A DNA stretch of 64,000 nt from the NCBI GenBank assembly GCA_015680685.1, contig MNCI01000691.1:245148-309147 (forward strand), written 5' to 3'. Shown here piece by piece: positions 38,701 to 51,240 of the stretch. Positions within the stretch are counted from its first letter, which is position 1. Each line of letters starts with the position of its first letter. Source of the DNA: Gnetum montanum. Lineage: Eukaryota; Plantae; Gnetophyta. The notes beneath the pieces are model-generated. The model was not told where the DNA came from and made no database searches. It was given only the letters and a program-made list of their open reading frames with translations. The position numbers and the translations under genes were made by a program.

Positions 38701-41700
38701 CTTCTTAAGTTTTCTTGCTGCTTCGACGTTACCCAATTATTGGGAAGTTGAGTAATAAAAATAACAAAGTCTTTGCATGGTGTGGTTCTCATGCATAAAC
38801 ACATAAAAAAAAGAGAAAGTGAGAATTCAAAGCACACTCCTTAGACGAAATAATCATTTGGGCTACAAGCATTGGTTATGGAACTAAAATAAAAATGTTC
38901 CCTCTAACTAAGGCCCTTCTCGCTTCCCATTCTCTTCTCCTTCGTTTCGTTGGAATGGTGGTGGCTCTTTGGATGATGCATTCTTGTTACTTCAAGGGGA
39001 TGAATTGGCCGAATGCATTAATGTGAAGTCACTGGAAGTGGTTTGTTTGAGGCTGGACTTGGAATGGGATATACTACATCACATTAATCATGAAATACAC
39101 AAGGCGATGTACACCACCTTGTTTTTGAGATTCCATTCCATCCTCTCTCTCCATCCTTCTCTCCATTATTTACCTCATTATCAGTTGCATCATTAGTGTA
39201 TATTTTGGTTGATACATTGTTTTCTTTTTGGTAAATTCTTGTGGTTGCGACTTTAACTCTTGTTCCATATGACATTCCTAGAGCCTACGGACTCTTTGAA
39301 TGTGGGTTTGTTAGGGCATTAAGGGCATGAGTCTGCTTTGGGGAGGACCCACTGACATTCCTCTTTGGTGCACCTATTATATTCTTTACCCTAACATTTT
39401 TCAATCTATTTTATTTTATTCATTTCCATCCTAATATCCATTTCATCGATGTTATCATTGTCTCTTTTTCTCCATCTTTCTTGTTCTTTCTTCTTTCTCC
39501 ATTCTATCGCTACTAGAGGTTCGCTATTAGTCATGGGGGTACAAGGCCCAATTTTTTTGATTTTCTCCTAACCCCTACACCTTCGGTAGTCATGACTATG
39601 ATATCTACAGATCCGTATCAGCCATACCACAACTCAGCCAATGGACCTTTCACCGAAGCAAGGTATCAACTACATTGAAATTCATTTACCCTTGCTAATA
39701 TAAGACTGTGTTGTGTGTGCAGATGGCGACCCTACAACAATGGATTGGATTTGGCAGGAATACTTGGAATGGAGCGGTGCTAAAGCAGCTATGCAAGGAG
39801 CAAGATCGATGGCACGCTTACAGATGAACAACAAAAGATGCAATCTTGGCGTTGGCAGCAACAACACTTCTCTCTCTCTCTCTTTCTCAGCTACCAAATG
39901 AGGCCTGATGTCAAATTTAATAAGGTGTTCACTCTTGTTGTCATGAACACCAGTTTTGTCATGTCTTGTAATGATGATTCGTTCACATGTCATCCCATTA
40001 GTTCCATTTGAGTCAATAATCCCATACTGTCCTAATATTTTGTAAGGAACTCGAGGACAAGTTTTTATTCAGTCATGGGGGTATGATGGGCCATGATATT
40101 GCAGCCGCCACGATATCACATCCCATGCGATATCGCGTCATCCCCCATGATATCGCGTACGCAATATTGCGATGCGTCGCCAAGTCTATAAATAAGAGGC
40201 AGCTCTCCCTTGTTTTCTCATCTAGATCTAGACCCTTAAGGAAACTCTAGCAGTTTTACCTCTCCAGAGATAGAATATTTTCCATGTGCTCGTAGTAGTA
40301 GCTCCAAAGTGAACGGATCTTTATTCGAGCAAATATTGTACCTGAACACATGTTTGTGTACGGAAATAAAGACGAACTTCTTGGATAAACCTTGCAGTGC
40401 ATAGAATAGGCTAAATAGGATTTTATTTATTTTTATTTACTGTTTATCATTTACATCCTTTATTAGTCATTAAATATTTCTCAACCCTTCTCTCCTAGTT
40501 AAGTGCCTCAGTACAACCACTTCGAGCACGTGCGTTACGCTTGGTGATCCCAGCAACGATTAGTCTTTGGTAACCAAGGTTGCATTGGTTCAGGTGTGAA
40601 CGGTAAGTGGGAACGGATGTTGACGCTAGGTTAATTCAGACTTATTTAGTTAGTTAAAGTTAGTAATTAATCTCTTCAACCCATCATCTTATCAGCATAG
40701 GAGTTAAAACCAAAAAGACATAAAAATCATATACCTCAGACTTACTTAACCATACACCGTGACAAATACAAGTAAGTCTGGGAAGATAATGAATAATTAA
40801 CCTTAAGTGTTCCATGAGGCGTGTAGGCACTTAGTCTGCGAAGTTCAACTGGATCGTGCATGTTACGGTCGTATTCATATGGTTGAGTGTAGGGGTACCT
40901 CGCCACTCATCAGATATGGGAGTACCTTCTTTGTACTTGGTGTTTATCAATTTTTTATCAACTACATTTTATTTCCTCTCGTCTTTCCAACATACATCTC
41001 CTCTAACTTATCCCACAGACTTTTGGTAGATTTTTCTATGGAGACAAGATGATAAACATTATCATCCATCTAATGGCGAATATACCCTACAACTTGCCTA
41101 TCCAACATTTGCCACTCCTCATCATCCATTGCTACTAGCTTTTAACCAATGATAGGAGCATAACACTTTTTACAGTATATAAAATCTTCCATTTTCCCCT
41201 TCCATAATTGATAATTTTCAGAATTCAAATAAACCATTTTGCCAGTATTTATATCCATGCTACTAACTTCACTACTATTACTAATGTTTGCCATAACAAC
41301 ACATAGAAATACTCACAAATTTTGTAGCAAATTCCATGGGCTATAGTACCATAGACTACTACAGGAACTTGCTTTGCTATAGTGAACAAGTTGCTATAGT
41401 GCTGAGCTACTACTGTGTTGTTTTACTATTTGTGATCTTCAACCTAGTATTTCTATAATATTTGTTGGGAAAAAGAAGGGCACAACACCATGAACGAGCT
41501 TGTGCAGGATTTTCCCACATGTGTGTTAAAAGCAAGATATAAACTAATAGAGTAGACAACTGAAGTAAAGTGCAAAATAATAATACCCAATAACATAAGG
41601 ACTCGTATGGTTCATCCTTCCTTGGGTGAACTCCAAAAAATCTTCTTCTACTAATAAATAGTAGGAATACAAAAATGTCTCTCTAACTAATTACTAGAGG

Positions 41701-42092
41701 TATACAAAATTGACACACATCCTCAAGAAAAATATTCTTAGAAAAACAAGGAGAAATTTCACATCCCTTTAGGAAAAATTCCTAGAAACCCAAGTTCACA
41801 ATGCTTATTTCTATGTCTCTCCCTTTGGCCTCTCTTTCTCACTTTGGCCATTGGCTTCTCTTCTGCCCCTACTCCCATTTTTCATTTTCCTTGGATTTAT
41901 AGGCAAGGGAAATGCCCTATGCTGCCTAACTTAACAACCAACCTAGGAAATTAATTTTGGTTACCTAACATAGCAACCAATGTGAACGACTAATTTTGGT
42001 TGGCTTAGCAGGCAGCCTTCCTTTCCCTCCTTTTTATTTATTTATATATTAATGTGTTATGGGCTTCATGTTGCAGGGACCCACACACATCA
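29724..42092 (-). mobile_element. Ty1/Copia retrotransposon, full-length but decayed, interrupted by element A2
   Basis: LTRs 29724-30307 and 41463-42092; TSD TTGTG (29719-29723, 42093-42097); PPT GGGAGGGGGAGAT adjacent to 30307; WIIDSGASIH, LWHKRLGHISQKG, TNNGGEY, QMDMKTAFLHG, LLLYVDDML, ALSTMEAEF. gag split at 33872/40913. Confidence 0.95.
33873..40912 (+). mobile_element. Non-autonomous Athila-type element (A2): gag and protease only
   Basis: LTRs 33873-34634 and 40084-40912 (TGATG..CATCA); TSD GATAT (33868-33872, 40913-40917); PBS TGGCATCGTTGCCAGGGA 34636-34653; PPT AGTCATGGGGGTA 40071-40083; gag (KLKLFPRTL..AESWY) 35683-36495; protease (ALLDSSSRVNLI, IIMGRAWL) ~37300-37800. No RT, RNase H or integrase motifs. 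Confidence 0.93.
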
Positions 42093-42902
42093 TTGTGAGT
42101 GGGGGAATATATTGATTCCTGAGAATTTCAAGAGAATGTGGGAACAAGAATAAACAAGTAGATTAGTGCTAAATCATGGGTGTTTTTTGGGTCATCATTT
42201 TTTTCAAATACCTCGGTGCCCCAAACTTGTATGTGTTTGACCAAGCACGATGACTAGAGAATGGAAATTATGGAATGATGAGAATAATAATGAATATGTC
42301 AAATGCTCTATAGCTTTTGACCACTGTTACTCCTTCCTTCATTTTTTAATCCCTTACTTTCTTCTTTTGTTGTACATTATCTTAAAAACACACAGAACTT
42401 TTATCATGACATATTAAATTGGATGAAAAATCCAAATCATAGATTGAAAAATCGGATGAGATTGGTAAATCGATATCATTTTTTATAAATTAGATTGGAA
42501 AAATCTAAATAAATTAGTGCAATAATAAAATAAAAATCATCAATATTAGCAAAATAGAGTAGTTATATTCACCCATGCTAATAGCTACATTTTCCAATTC
42601 TTTTCATCTAAGAGCTCAATTAGAGTGGAAAATCAAATATAGAAATTTTAGTTGTTCATTGGTATAGAATTAGTAATAAACAATACATTAAACTTAAAAA
42701 ATTAATAACAATATATTACTATTTATTAGATTAAATGTCTGATCTAATTTTGAATTGGCTTTAATGTTGCATTGTAATATGTGGCAGATCTTGTAATGAA
42801 TTGTAGATTTCTCAAACTATGAGCTGGATAAGGGGGTCTTTCAATAGCACATGAGGGAAGCAAAGAGACTTTGATGGATCACTACACCCAAGGAGTCCTC
42901 TT

Positions 42903-45900
42903 GGAATGTATTTTAGAAATTACTAAGGATTAATCTTGGTGTGAATGCATACTACATAGCAATTCAAGTATTGAGCAATCATTTATAGGTGTTTTGATTT
43001 TAGATTGTTTTAGAATTTTCTACTTATTATTAATGAACCATCACTTAAAGGCTTAATACTTATTTTTGCAAGATGAAGTTTTGGGAGTGGGCAAAAATCT
43101 AATATTTTTCAAATAACTGCAGGCTTAATCAAATTCGAATTTTATAACTTGAGAAATCACCTTTACCATCTTTCCAAAAGATAATGCATAAATTTTAGAC
43201 ACATCAACACCCAAAAAATCTTGTTTAAGGAGACTATTGCTTAGGGTGCCTCCCATATGAGTATGGAGACCCAGAAATAGTCTCAGCTAAAGAGGGCTAT
43301 GTGATGTTACGATTAAAGGAGGATCCTACCCCCTTGTTGTTATGCTGCCCGTTGGTGGCCATACCAACCACTTTGACGCTACCGTCGATTTTCCTACTAC
43401 TACATGCATGTGGCTATCAACTGTCACTAACCCCACTTGTAGTTGATAACTATCACTGACCACCACCTATAGCTATTGACTGTCATATGCATGACGATTC
43501 TGCTCACCATAGTTGCTGCGACATGCATAGCTACCACCGACAACGTCCTAGTCAACTATTACAATAGACGTTGTTGTCGTAAGCGTTGCCAGTTTGCTGA
43601 TCGCACACTACCTTGGCACACTACTTGCACACTACCATGTGTTGTTGTCTACTATCGAGTGCTACAAATGCATGCTTGACCGCCATTCGCTATCATGCAT
43701 CATCTGTAACATTTGTCATCATTGGCTCCTGTCGTCTAAAAATGCTCATGTGTGTAGTCTATCGTTGTTTGTGCACCTCGTCATTCAAGCGTCTGCCACC
43801 ATTGGTCTTGCCTAAGCCCCTTGTCAACCACTGGTTCGTGAGACTCTAATTCTCCATTACCTCCTAGCTACTGTTGGTCCCTTTTATAAGCACTTTCCAA
43901 CATCCTTAAATGACCACATCCACCACCTGCTTCACCATGTCACACACTATGTTGATTACACCAATTCTGCACGTTCATCACTTGCAATCGTAACGTCTAC
44001 CATGTTCTGCCACCACTATCCATGTTCTACTGTCGTTGATGCCATGTTCTCCCCACTAATGTAAGAACTATGTACAAGAAATGTTCTAATTTTGTATGCC
44101 TGACTAGTAGAACATAGAACTTCACTTCAAAGTTGTGAGATCCATCAGAGTTGTGAGCCTACCTGTTTCTCTTAAATTTAAAAAACACATCTAGAAACTG
44201 CAGATCTTATGAGGGAGTTGAAGCTAAACCATCATGCAACCAAAGAACATTGGTCCTCATCAAAAATCACTTTATGTTTAAGTGCTTAATTTGTTATTTG
44301 GGGCAATGTTGGGCATATTTAATTCTTTATTCATTTTTGGATCACTGTATGTGACACTAGGATCACTGTGGTTCATGGTCAGCTTGCATAGTTGCATTTT
44401 ACAATCACACATTAGACTTGAGTATTTAAAATTTTTTCCTATATGTCTATGTTCCCCCTGAAACACATGCATCATAAATCCATGCCTTGTTTACATCTCA
44501 GAGTTAAAAATATTATACTAGTCATTTATCTACTGCAAACTGTTGTAAGTCAAGATGAAAAAAAATCAAATTAACTATTATTGATGGATGACAATAATCT
44601 TTTATAACACTAAAGAATTTAAAGGTTGCATGACACCTATCATTCATAACATCGCAATGCACTATGTAATTTGTTTTAAGTAATGGATTTAAATCGTGAA
44701 ACTATATCTTAGTGATTTAACTAATAAGTTATGGCCTCATGCTTAGCATAGGTAATGTTGGCATCACCAGTACTCACCATTACATGCCCTAAAAAATCAA
44801 AGAAAATAAAGTACCCTTTTAAATTAGTTAATTATGCAACCAGTTAAATGTACAAAGCATGGTTTGGCAATGCAATCATGGTGTACAACTTTTCTTCTTG
44901 TACTAAGAAAATTCGGTATCCTTTAAATTGTATCATCATAAACTCTTTAATTGAGGTTAGAGAATGTGCTCCATGGATTCTTTTTGTGGATGTTTGATGT
45001 GCTGCAATTGATGTTGTTTTAGAAGAAATGCAAATGAAGGAATTTATTATTGAATTGATGTGCCGATGAGCTTGAACAATAGCAATCATGGAAAACAATG
45101 ACACATCGACCCTGTGACAATGTAATGGAATACAAATGAAGGACTTCATTAGTTTATAGCTGAGACTAGTTATTGTGCAACGAATGTAAGTTTTTCCAAA
45201 GTCAAGCTACTTACCTACATCGGGTGGAAAACTACTCCACTCATTTATCATGAAACCTATTATCCATATGCATTTGATATCAATGTGAGCCCCAACCAAC
45301 AAGTACCAAGAATGAGAGCTTATTTCACCCATTCATTTCTTATGCATAGTCCATGTCATCAAGGAATCGTGGAAAATTCTTCCTTTTAATTTTAAAAATT
45401 TTCCATTGTCGAAATCTAAATGAATGGGCAAAATAAGCTCTCATCCTTGGTAGTCATTGCTAGGGGCTCACATTGATATGAAATGCATATGGACGATATG
45501 TTTCATGATAAATGAGTGGAGCAGTTTTCCACCCACATGTAGGTAGGTAGCTTGACTTTGCAAAAACTTACATTCACTACACAATAACTAGTCAAGTCCT
45601 TCATTTGTATTTCCTTATGTTGTCACAAGGTCGATGTGTCACTATTTTCCATGATTGCGGTTATCCAAGCTCACCCATACATCAATTCAATAATAAATTC
45701 CTTCATTTGCATTTCTTTTAAAACAACATCAATTGCATCACATTGAACATCCACAAAAGAACATGTTCTCTAACCTCAACTAAAAAGTTTATTATGATAA
45801 AATTTGAAGGATACTAGATTTTCTTGATAAAAGAATAAAGCTGTACACCATGATTGCATTGCTAGACTATGCTTTGTACGTTTAACTAGTTGCATAATTC

Positions 45901-46270
45901 ACTAATTTAAAAGGGTACCTTATCTTCTTTGATTTTTAAAGGGGCATCATGGTGAGCACTTGACTTTTTTAGGCATTATCTTTTAAAGGGATGGTAAAGG
46001 TGATTGTTTCTCAAGTCATAAGATCCGAATTTGATTGAGGGTGAAGTTATTTGAAAGATATTAGGTTTTTACTCATCCACTGCCCCTCCCAAAACTCCAC
46101 CTTGCCAAAATAAGTATTGAGCCTCTCAATAATGGTTCATTAATAATAAGTAGAAAATTCTAAAACAATCAAAAATCAAAACACCTATAAAAGATTGCTA
46201 AATACTTGGATTACTACGTAGTATGCATCCTCACCAAGATTAATCCTTAGTAATTTCTAAAATACATTAC
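42903..46270. mobile_element. Foldback/Mutator-like element with ~270-bp terminal inverted repeats and an internal ~570-bp-arm hairpin
   Basis: 42905-43172 is the reverse complement of ~45970-46268; 44769-45338 is the reverse complement of 45418-45960. No convincing TSD or transposase found. Confidence 0.6.
44769..45960. repeat. Long inverted repeat, ~570-bp arms, ~80-bp spacer
   Basis: For example TCCACTCATTTATCATGAAAC (45236) / GTTTCATGATAAATGAGTGGA (45500), and GAAATGCAAATGAAGGAATTTATTATTGAATTGATGT / ACATCAATTCAATAATAAATTCCTTCATTTGCATTTC. Confidence 0.95.
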
Positions 46271-47585
46271 ATAATTCTTTTTTATGCACCTTTTATATAT
46301 TAATGTAGTTTCTCTAGTTTTCCAATAAATCAAGTTATCATCAATAGTGGACTATACTTCAATCTTACATGGTTTAGTTTAAATTTCATTTGTAATTATC
46401 TTGCTAACAACTCTTTACCATACCTATGTAAGTTGGATGAGATTCTCATTTTGCTCTTTATCTTCTTTATTGTTACTTTAAATACATAAGGGAGTTGTGG
46501 TATTTCAAACTTCTCTAGTTGACAGGAATTGACTCTAAACAATACATAAGTTAGATAAGATTTTTATTTTACTCTCCCCATACAAGTCTTTATTGCTTCT
46601 TCATCTATATAATTTAATACAATTGTAATATATCAACTCTTTAGCTAAGAGGATTTGACTCTAATACATCCTTTTCATTGGTCTACGAGTTAATATTATG
46701 CATACTTGTTTATTAATTTTAGTGAAAATATGAATAATGATAAAATAAAAGTAATAATACAAGGTTTAAAAAATCACTCACTGTAAATAGTTCAACTACT
46801 TAGAATCATGTTCCAATCAAATGGTAAATTTGATAAGGATAAAAGAAATATTTTTTAGGGGAAGGGGTGTTAGACCCCAAAAACAAAATGTATTATAAAA
46901 AAATTTAGAGTACAATTGAAGAGAAGCACTAAAGAGAGTGAAACTCTAACATAATGAAAATGGAAAGACCTCACTCTTTTGAGGATGTCTTTTTAAGTTT
47001 ACATCCTTCTTTTCAATTCTAAAAAATCTCTACTGTGAGAAAGGAAAAGGATCTTACCAAAAAGTATTCTTTTGGGTTTTTACTTCCTACTAAGGGCTTT
47101 CTATAAATGAAAAAGAAAACAATTGAAGGATATATTCAAGGTTGTAGCTAAAGCATGAGCTATTAAATGATGATACCTTGTGTTGATAAAGGAATAATAT
47201 TAACTGAAGAATCTTTAGAAGAAATCACATTACATCAACACTTCCAAATGACATAAAGAATAAGGGATCAAAAGCAAATCCAAATGTGAAGCAAAAATCC
47301 TTAGAGTTAAGGAATATCATCAAATAAAACTTCCTTTAACCTTGGCTTAAAGCCATGTAAATATGAGTAGCACCAAGAATAAGAACTTCAAATAAAAGAA
47401 CAAGTAAAATAGAAATAGATGAATGAGACTTCCTTATTGTAAAGAAGACATTTAAGACCATGACCACATAAATGAAAGGGATGAATATTAATAGAAAAAC
47501 CTTGATGAATTAAATACCCTAAAAAATGTTAATTTTTGAAAGAGTGGAAGCATTCTATATCTTCTAAATTTGATATTTTATAAGT

Positions 47586-49100
47586 TGATGAGTGGTGAGA
47601 ATTCCCCTACACCCAACAATACAAATCACAAGTATTACATGCAACCTAATTGTAATTTAGGAATGTGTTAATGTAATTTCTAGAAAGTTAATGTGTAGAT
47701 GATTAATCATTGCCTTCCACTAGAGTTAGTTGTGATTAAGATGTATGATTTAACTCACAATGAGGTATATGATATAATGATGATATTTAGCTATAATAAC
47801 ACTTAAGTAAAATATGGTAATTAATTGTTTAAACTAATTATTCTAATAAAAAATAAAGGTAAATCCTATATTAGCCTAGAACAATGAGCATCCATTCCCA
47901 ACTTGTTATACATGCCTTGAACTAGTATAACTATTACTAGGATTACTAAGGAATATGCTTTTAAGCAAACCAAATGTTATCACTGTTGGGATATGAAAAA
48001 ACTATATATTATGCTCAAAAATGGTTGTACTCAATTTTCCAAATTGTTATTATGCAATGGAAATGTAAATGACATTAGTAATGTAAATAACATAGAAATA
48101 TAAAGTGCATTAGAAAGTACAGGTCTATTCTAAGTGAAATGTTACAATGAATAAGAATGATCTTGATCTTATTGGCATCATGGAATTGTGTCTTGGCAAT
48201 GACACCAATGATGAGTAGCAAGAGTTCCCCTATGCTTAACCATACAAAATACAAGCATTGTGTGCAACCTAATGGTAATCCATTTATGGGTTAATGTAAT
48301 TTTTAGAGAGCTAATGTGTAGATTATTGATCATTGTCTTTCCACAAGAGCTAGTTATGATCAAGTTGTATGTCTTAACACATAGTGAGTTATATGATATA
48401 ATGATGCTATCTAACTATAATAACACTAAAGCAAAATATGATTATTGATTGTGTAAACTACTTATTCTAATGAACAATAAAAGCAAATTCTAAGTTAGCC
48501 TAGAGTAATGAGGATCTGTTCCCAAGTTGTTGTACAAGTTCTAAACTAGTGTAACTATTATTGGAATTACCAAGTGACACACTAGTAGTTGAACCAAGCA
48601 TTATCACTATTGGGATATGAAACGACTACATGTTATACTCAAAACTAGTAATACTCATTTCTCTAGGTTATTGTTATGTACTAGAAATGTAAATAACACC
48701 AGAAATGTAATAACAAGGAAATGTAAGTTACATTAGAAATTAAATATCTATTCTAAATAAAATGCTACAATGGATAACAATGATCTTTATCTTACTGTTG
48801 TCATTGACTTACATCTAGGTAGAATGTCACTGAAATAAGACCTTGTATGATCACTTCAAATTTACTTTGTAGGCACTCAAAAACTAATAATAAATTCATA
48901 GAATAAAATTACAAGTGTTCAGTTAAGGATGGATTAAAAGATGCATTAAGTGTAGTAGTTGAGCATTATTTATAGACATCACCTACCTTAAAGATATCAG
49001 ATCTATGATGTCATACTAAAGGATATAATATTGCAGCTATGATATCATAGGTGCCATATCACACTTGATTTATTTAGTGTTCATCATACCCCTATGATTG
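47586..49100 (-). repeat. Tandem Athila-like LTR relics: partial LTR 47586-48180, PBS 48190-48207, full LTR 48209-49086, PPT 49087-49100
   Basis: ~600-bp direct repeat, both copies starting TGATGAGT on plus. PBS reverse complement TGGTGTCATTGCCAAGAC; PPT reverse complement CAATCATAGGGGTA. Confidence 0.8.
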
Positions 49101-49347
49101 ACTAAAAATTCATATTTGAGTTAAACAAAAGTTGGATTAAGTTGGTTACAAAATTATAGAAGTGGAATTAAGTTTATTAAGAGTTTTTATCATTTTTGTA
49201 AAAGCCCACTTGAATAAAGTTTTGTAATGTAGCACTCAAGTCATTGTTATACAATCTATTAGTTATTTAGTTCATCAGTGTCACTATCATAAATTTGGAA
49301 ACAAACTCTTTTCTAATATTTTTTAACTCAAGGATGAGTTTTTAGTT

Positions 49348-50366
49348 AGTCATGGGGTATGATGTACAAGTCTTTGGTGAACTACGATGTCAAAGATGCA
49401 ATGTCATATTTTATGATGTGATGTCTCATATGCAAATTTGTAGTGGTAATAAATGCCTATAAGTATACCATCTCTAAGATTTAATGCATCATTAATGTAA
49501 TAGGTATAAAGACTCTATCGATTATTTTCATGAATTTTAGAAATAGCTAGTTAGTGTCCATAGTTTGGATTTGGGGTGTTGGAACTTGAAATAATTGAAA
49601 CATAGGTACACCACAAGATTTATAGAAGTTTATAACTCAATGCTACCTAATAGAATCAAACCTATGACCCAGGGGGTTACTAGGCCAAGATTCACACCAC
49701 TAGGCCCATGGTATGGATTTGAACTACTTATACATAGTCTTATTTGAGTGGCATTATACTTAAACACATTCCATAATGGTGATAAGATCGAGATCATTCT
49801 TATCTCTTACAATATTTTAACTTACACTAGATTTTACTTTCCAAGCATTTATTTTTCTATATTCTTTACATTTTAATGCACTTAGCTTAATAGTTTACAC
49901 TTTCATCATAGTAAATTAGTAGAGTGAGTATGACTAGTTTTGAGTTCAATGTGTAATTGCTTGGTAACCAAGTAATGATATTCTTGGCGCATCTAGTAGC
50001 TTATTACTTGGTAATCTTGGTGGTAATTACCCTAGTCTAGGATTTGTATAGAAAATCAAAAGCAAATGCTCATCACCCTTAGACTAGATTAGGATTTGCT
50101 CTACTGTTATATTAATTAGTTAAGTACTATATTTTACATTTATTAATTAAATATGCTAAACAATATCATTACAATATGCCTCACTATGTAATAATCTATA
50201 TGCTTAGAACCACAATCCAAGTGCGAAGATAGTGACCTGTAATTAATTAAAAACTTGTTTCTACATAAATGTTTATTACACATTTATAAAGATGCCTCCA
50301 CAAAATAAGTGTTGAGATACTTAGCTCGTGGCTATAAATAGTCTTCAGATCAATGTAACCCTCAAT
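49348..50366 (+). repeat. PPT plus degenerate Athila-like LTR
   Basis: AGTCATGGGGTA|TGATG at 49348-49364; shared TTGGTAACC/TTGGTAATC blocks; 3' end approximate, followed by TGGTATC. Confidence 0.6.
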
Positions 50367-50449
50367 ATGGTATCGATTATGAAACAAAGGGGCACGAATT
50401 CTCTAATTAAATACAAACTTAGCCTATTGCACACAAACTAGGAATCATA

Positions 50450-51240
50450 GGGAATGATGAAAAAGTGAAGTTTTTAGTGATAAAAATGAATAAGTGTAAA
50501 ATCATAGGAAAATTGATTAAGTATAGATTATCAAAAAAAAAATTAAGTTTAGGATAGGCTATGAATGATGGAATAAAAAAATTAAGCGTAAAATGTGGAT
50601 GAATAGTATAAAATATTAAAATAGTATAACTATAATGTGAAAGGAAGGATCTCATTTCCCTCCCCCAAATAATAGAATTTTTCGGTTGAAAAATGACTAA
50701 GTATAAAAAAGGCTAAAAATTTGAATAAGTATAGAATATGATACTGGAGATAGAAAAATTTTTACGTATAAAACTTATATAAAAGGATATAGAATGTTGA
50801 AATATTAATGTTATTATGTAGAGAGAAGGATGTCAAATCCTTCCCTAAAAAATCAAATTTTTATGTGAAAAATACAGTTAAGTGTAAAATGCTAAGAATT
50901 TGACTATGTAAAACATTGAAAATTTTACGAAGTATAGAATGTGATGTAGGAGATGGAAATAATTCTAAATATAAAACTTATATAAAAGGATATAAAATAT
51001 TGAAATATTAATATTTGTATGTAGAGAGAAGGACGTCAAATCCCTCCCTAAAAAATGAAAATTTTATGTGGAAAAATGGTTAATTATAAAATGCTAAAAA
51101 TTTGACTAAGTATAGAATGTGATGTAGGAGATAAAAAAATTCATAGGTATACAATGCAAGTAAACGAGTGTAGAATAATAAAAGTGAGATTCTTCAATAT
51201 GAGGAAAAGGTTCCAAATCCTTTTCCAAATAATAAAATAC
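50450..51240. repeat. AT-rich tandem repeat, ~180-200 bp unit, 3-4 degenerate copies
   Basis: GAAGGA.GTCAAATCC.TCCC.AAAAAAT and AAGTATAGAATGTGATGTAGGAGAT recur at ~50645, 50825, 51028 and ~51205. Confidence 0.75.
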
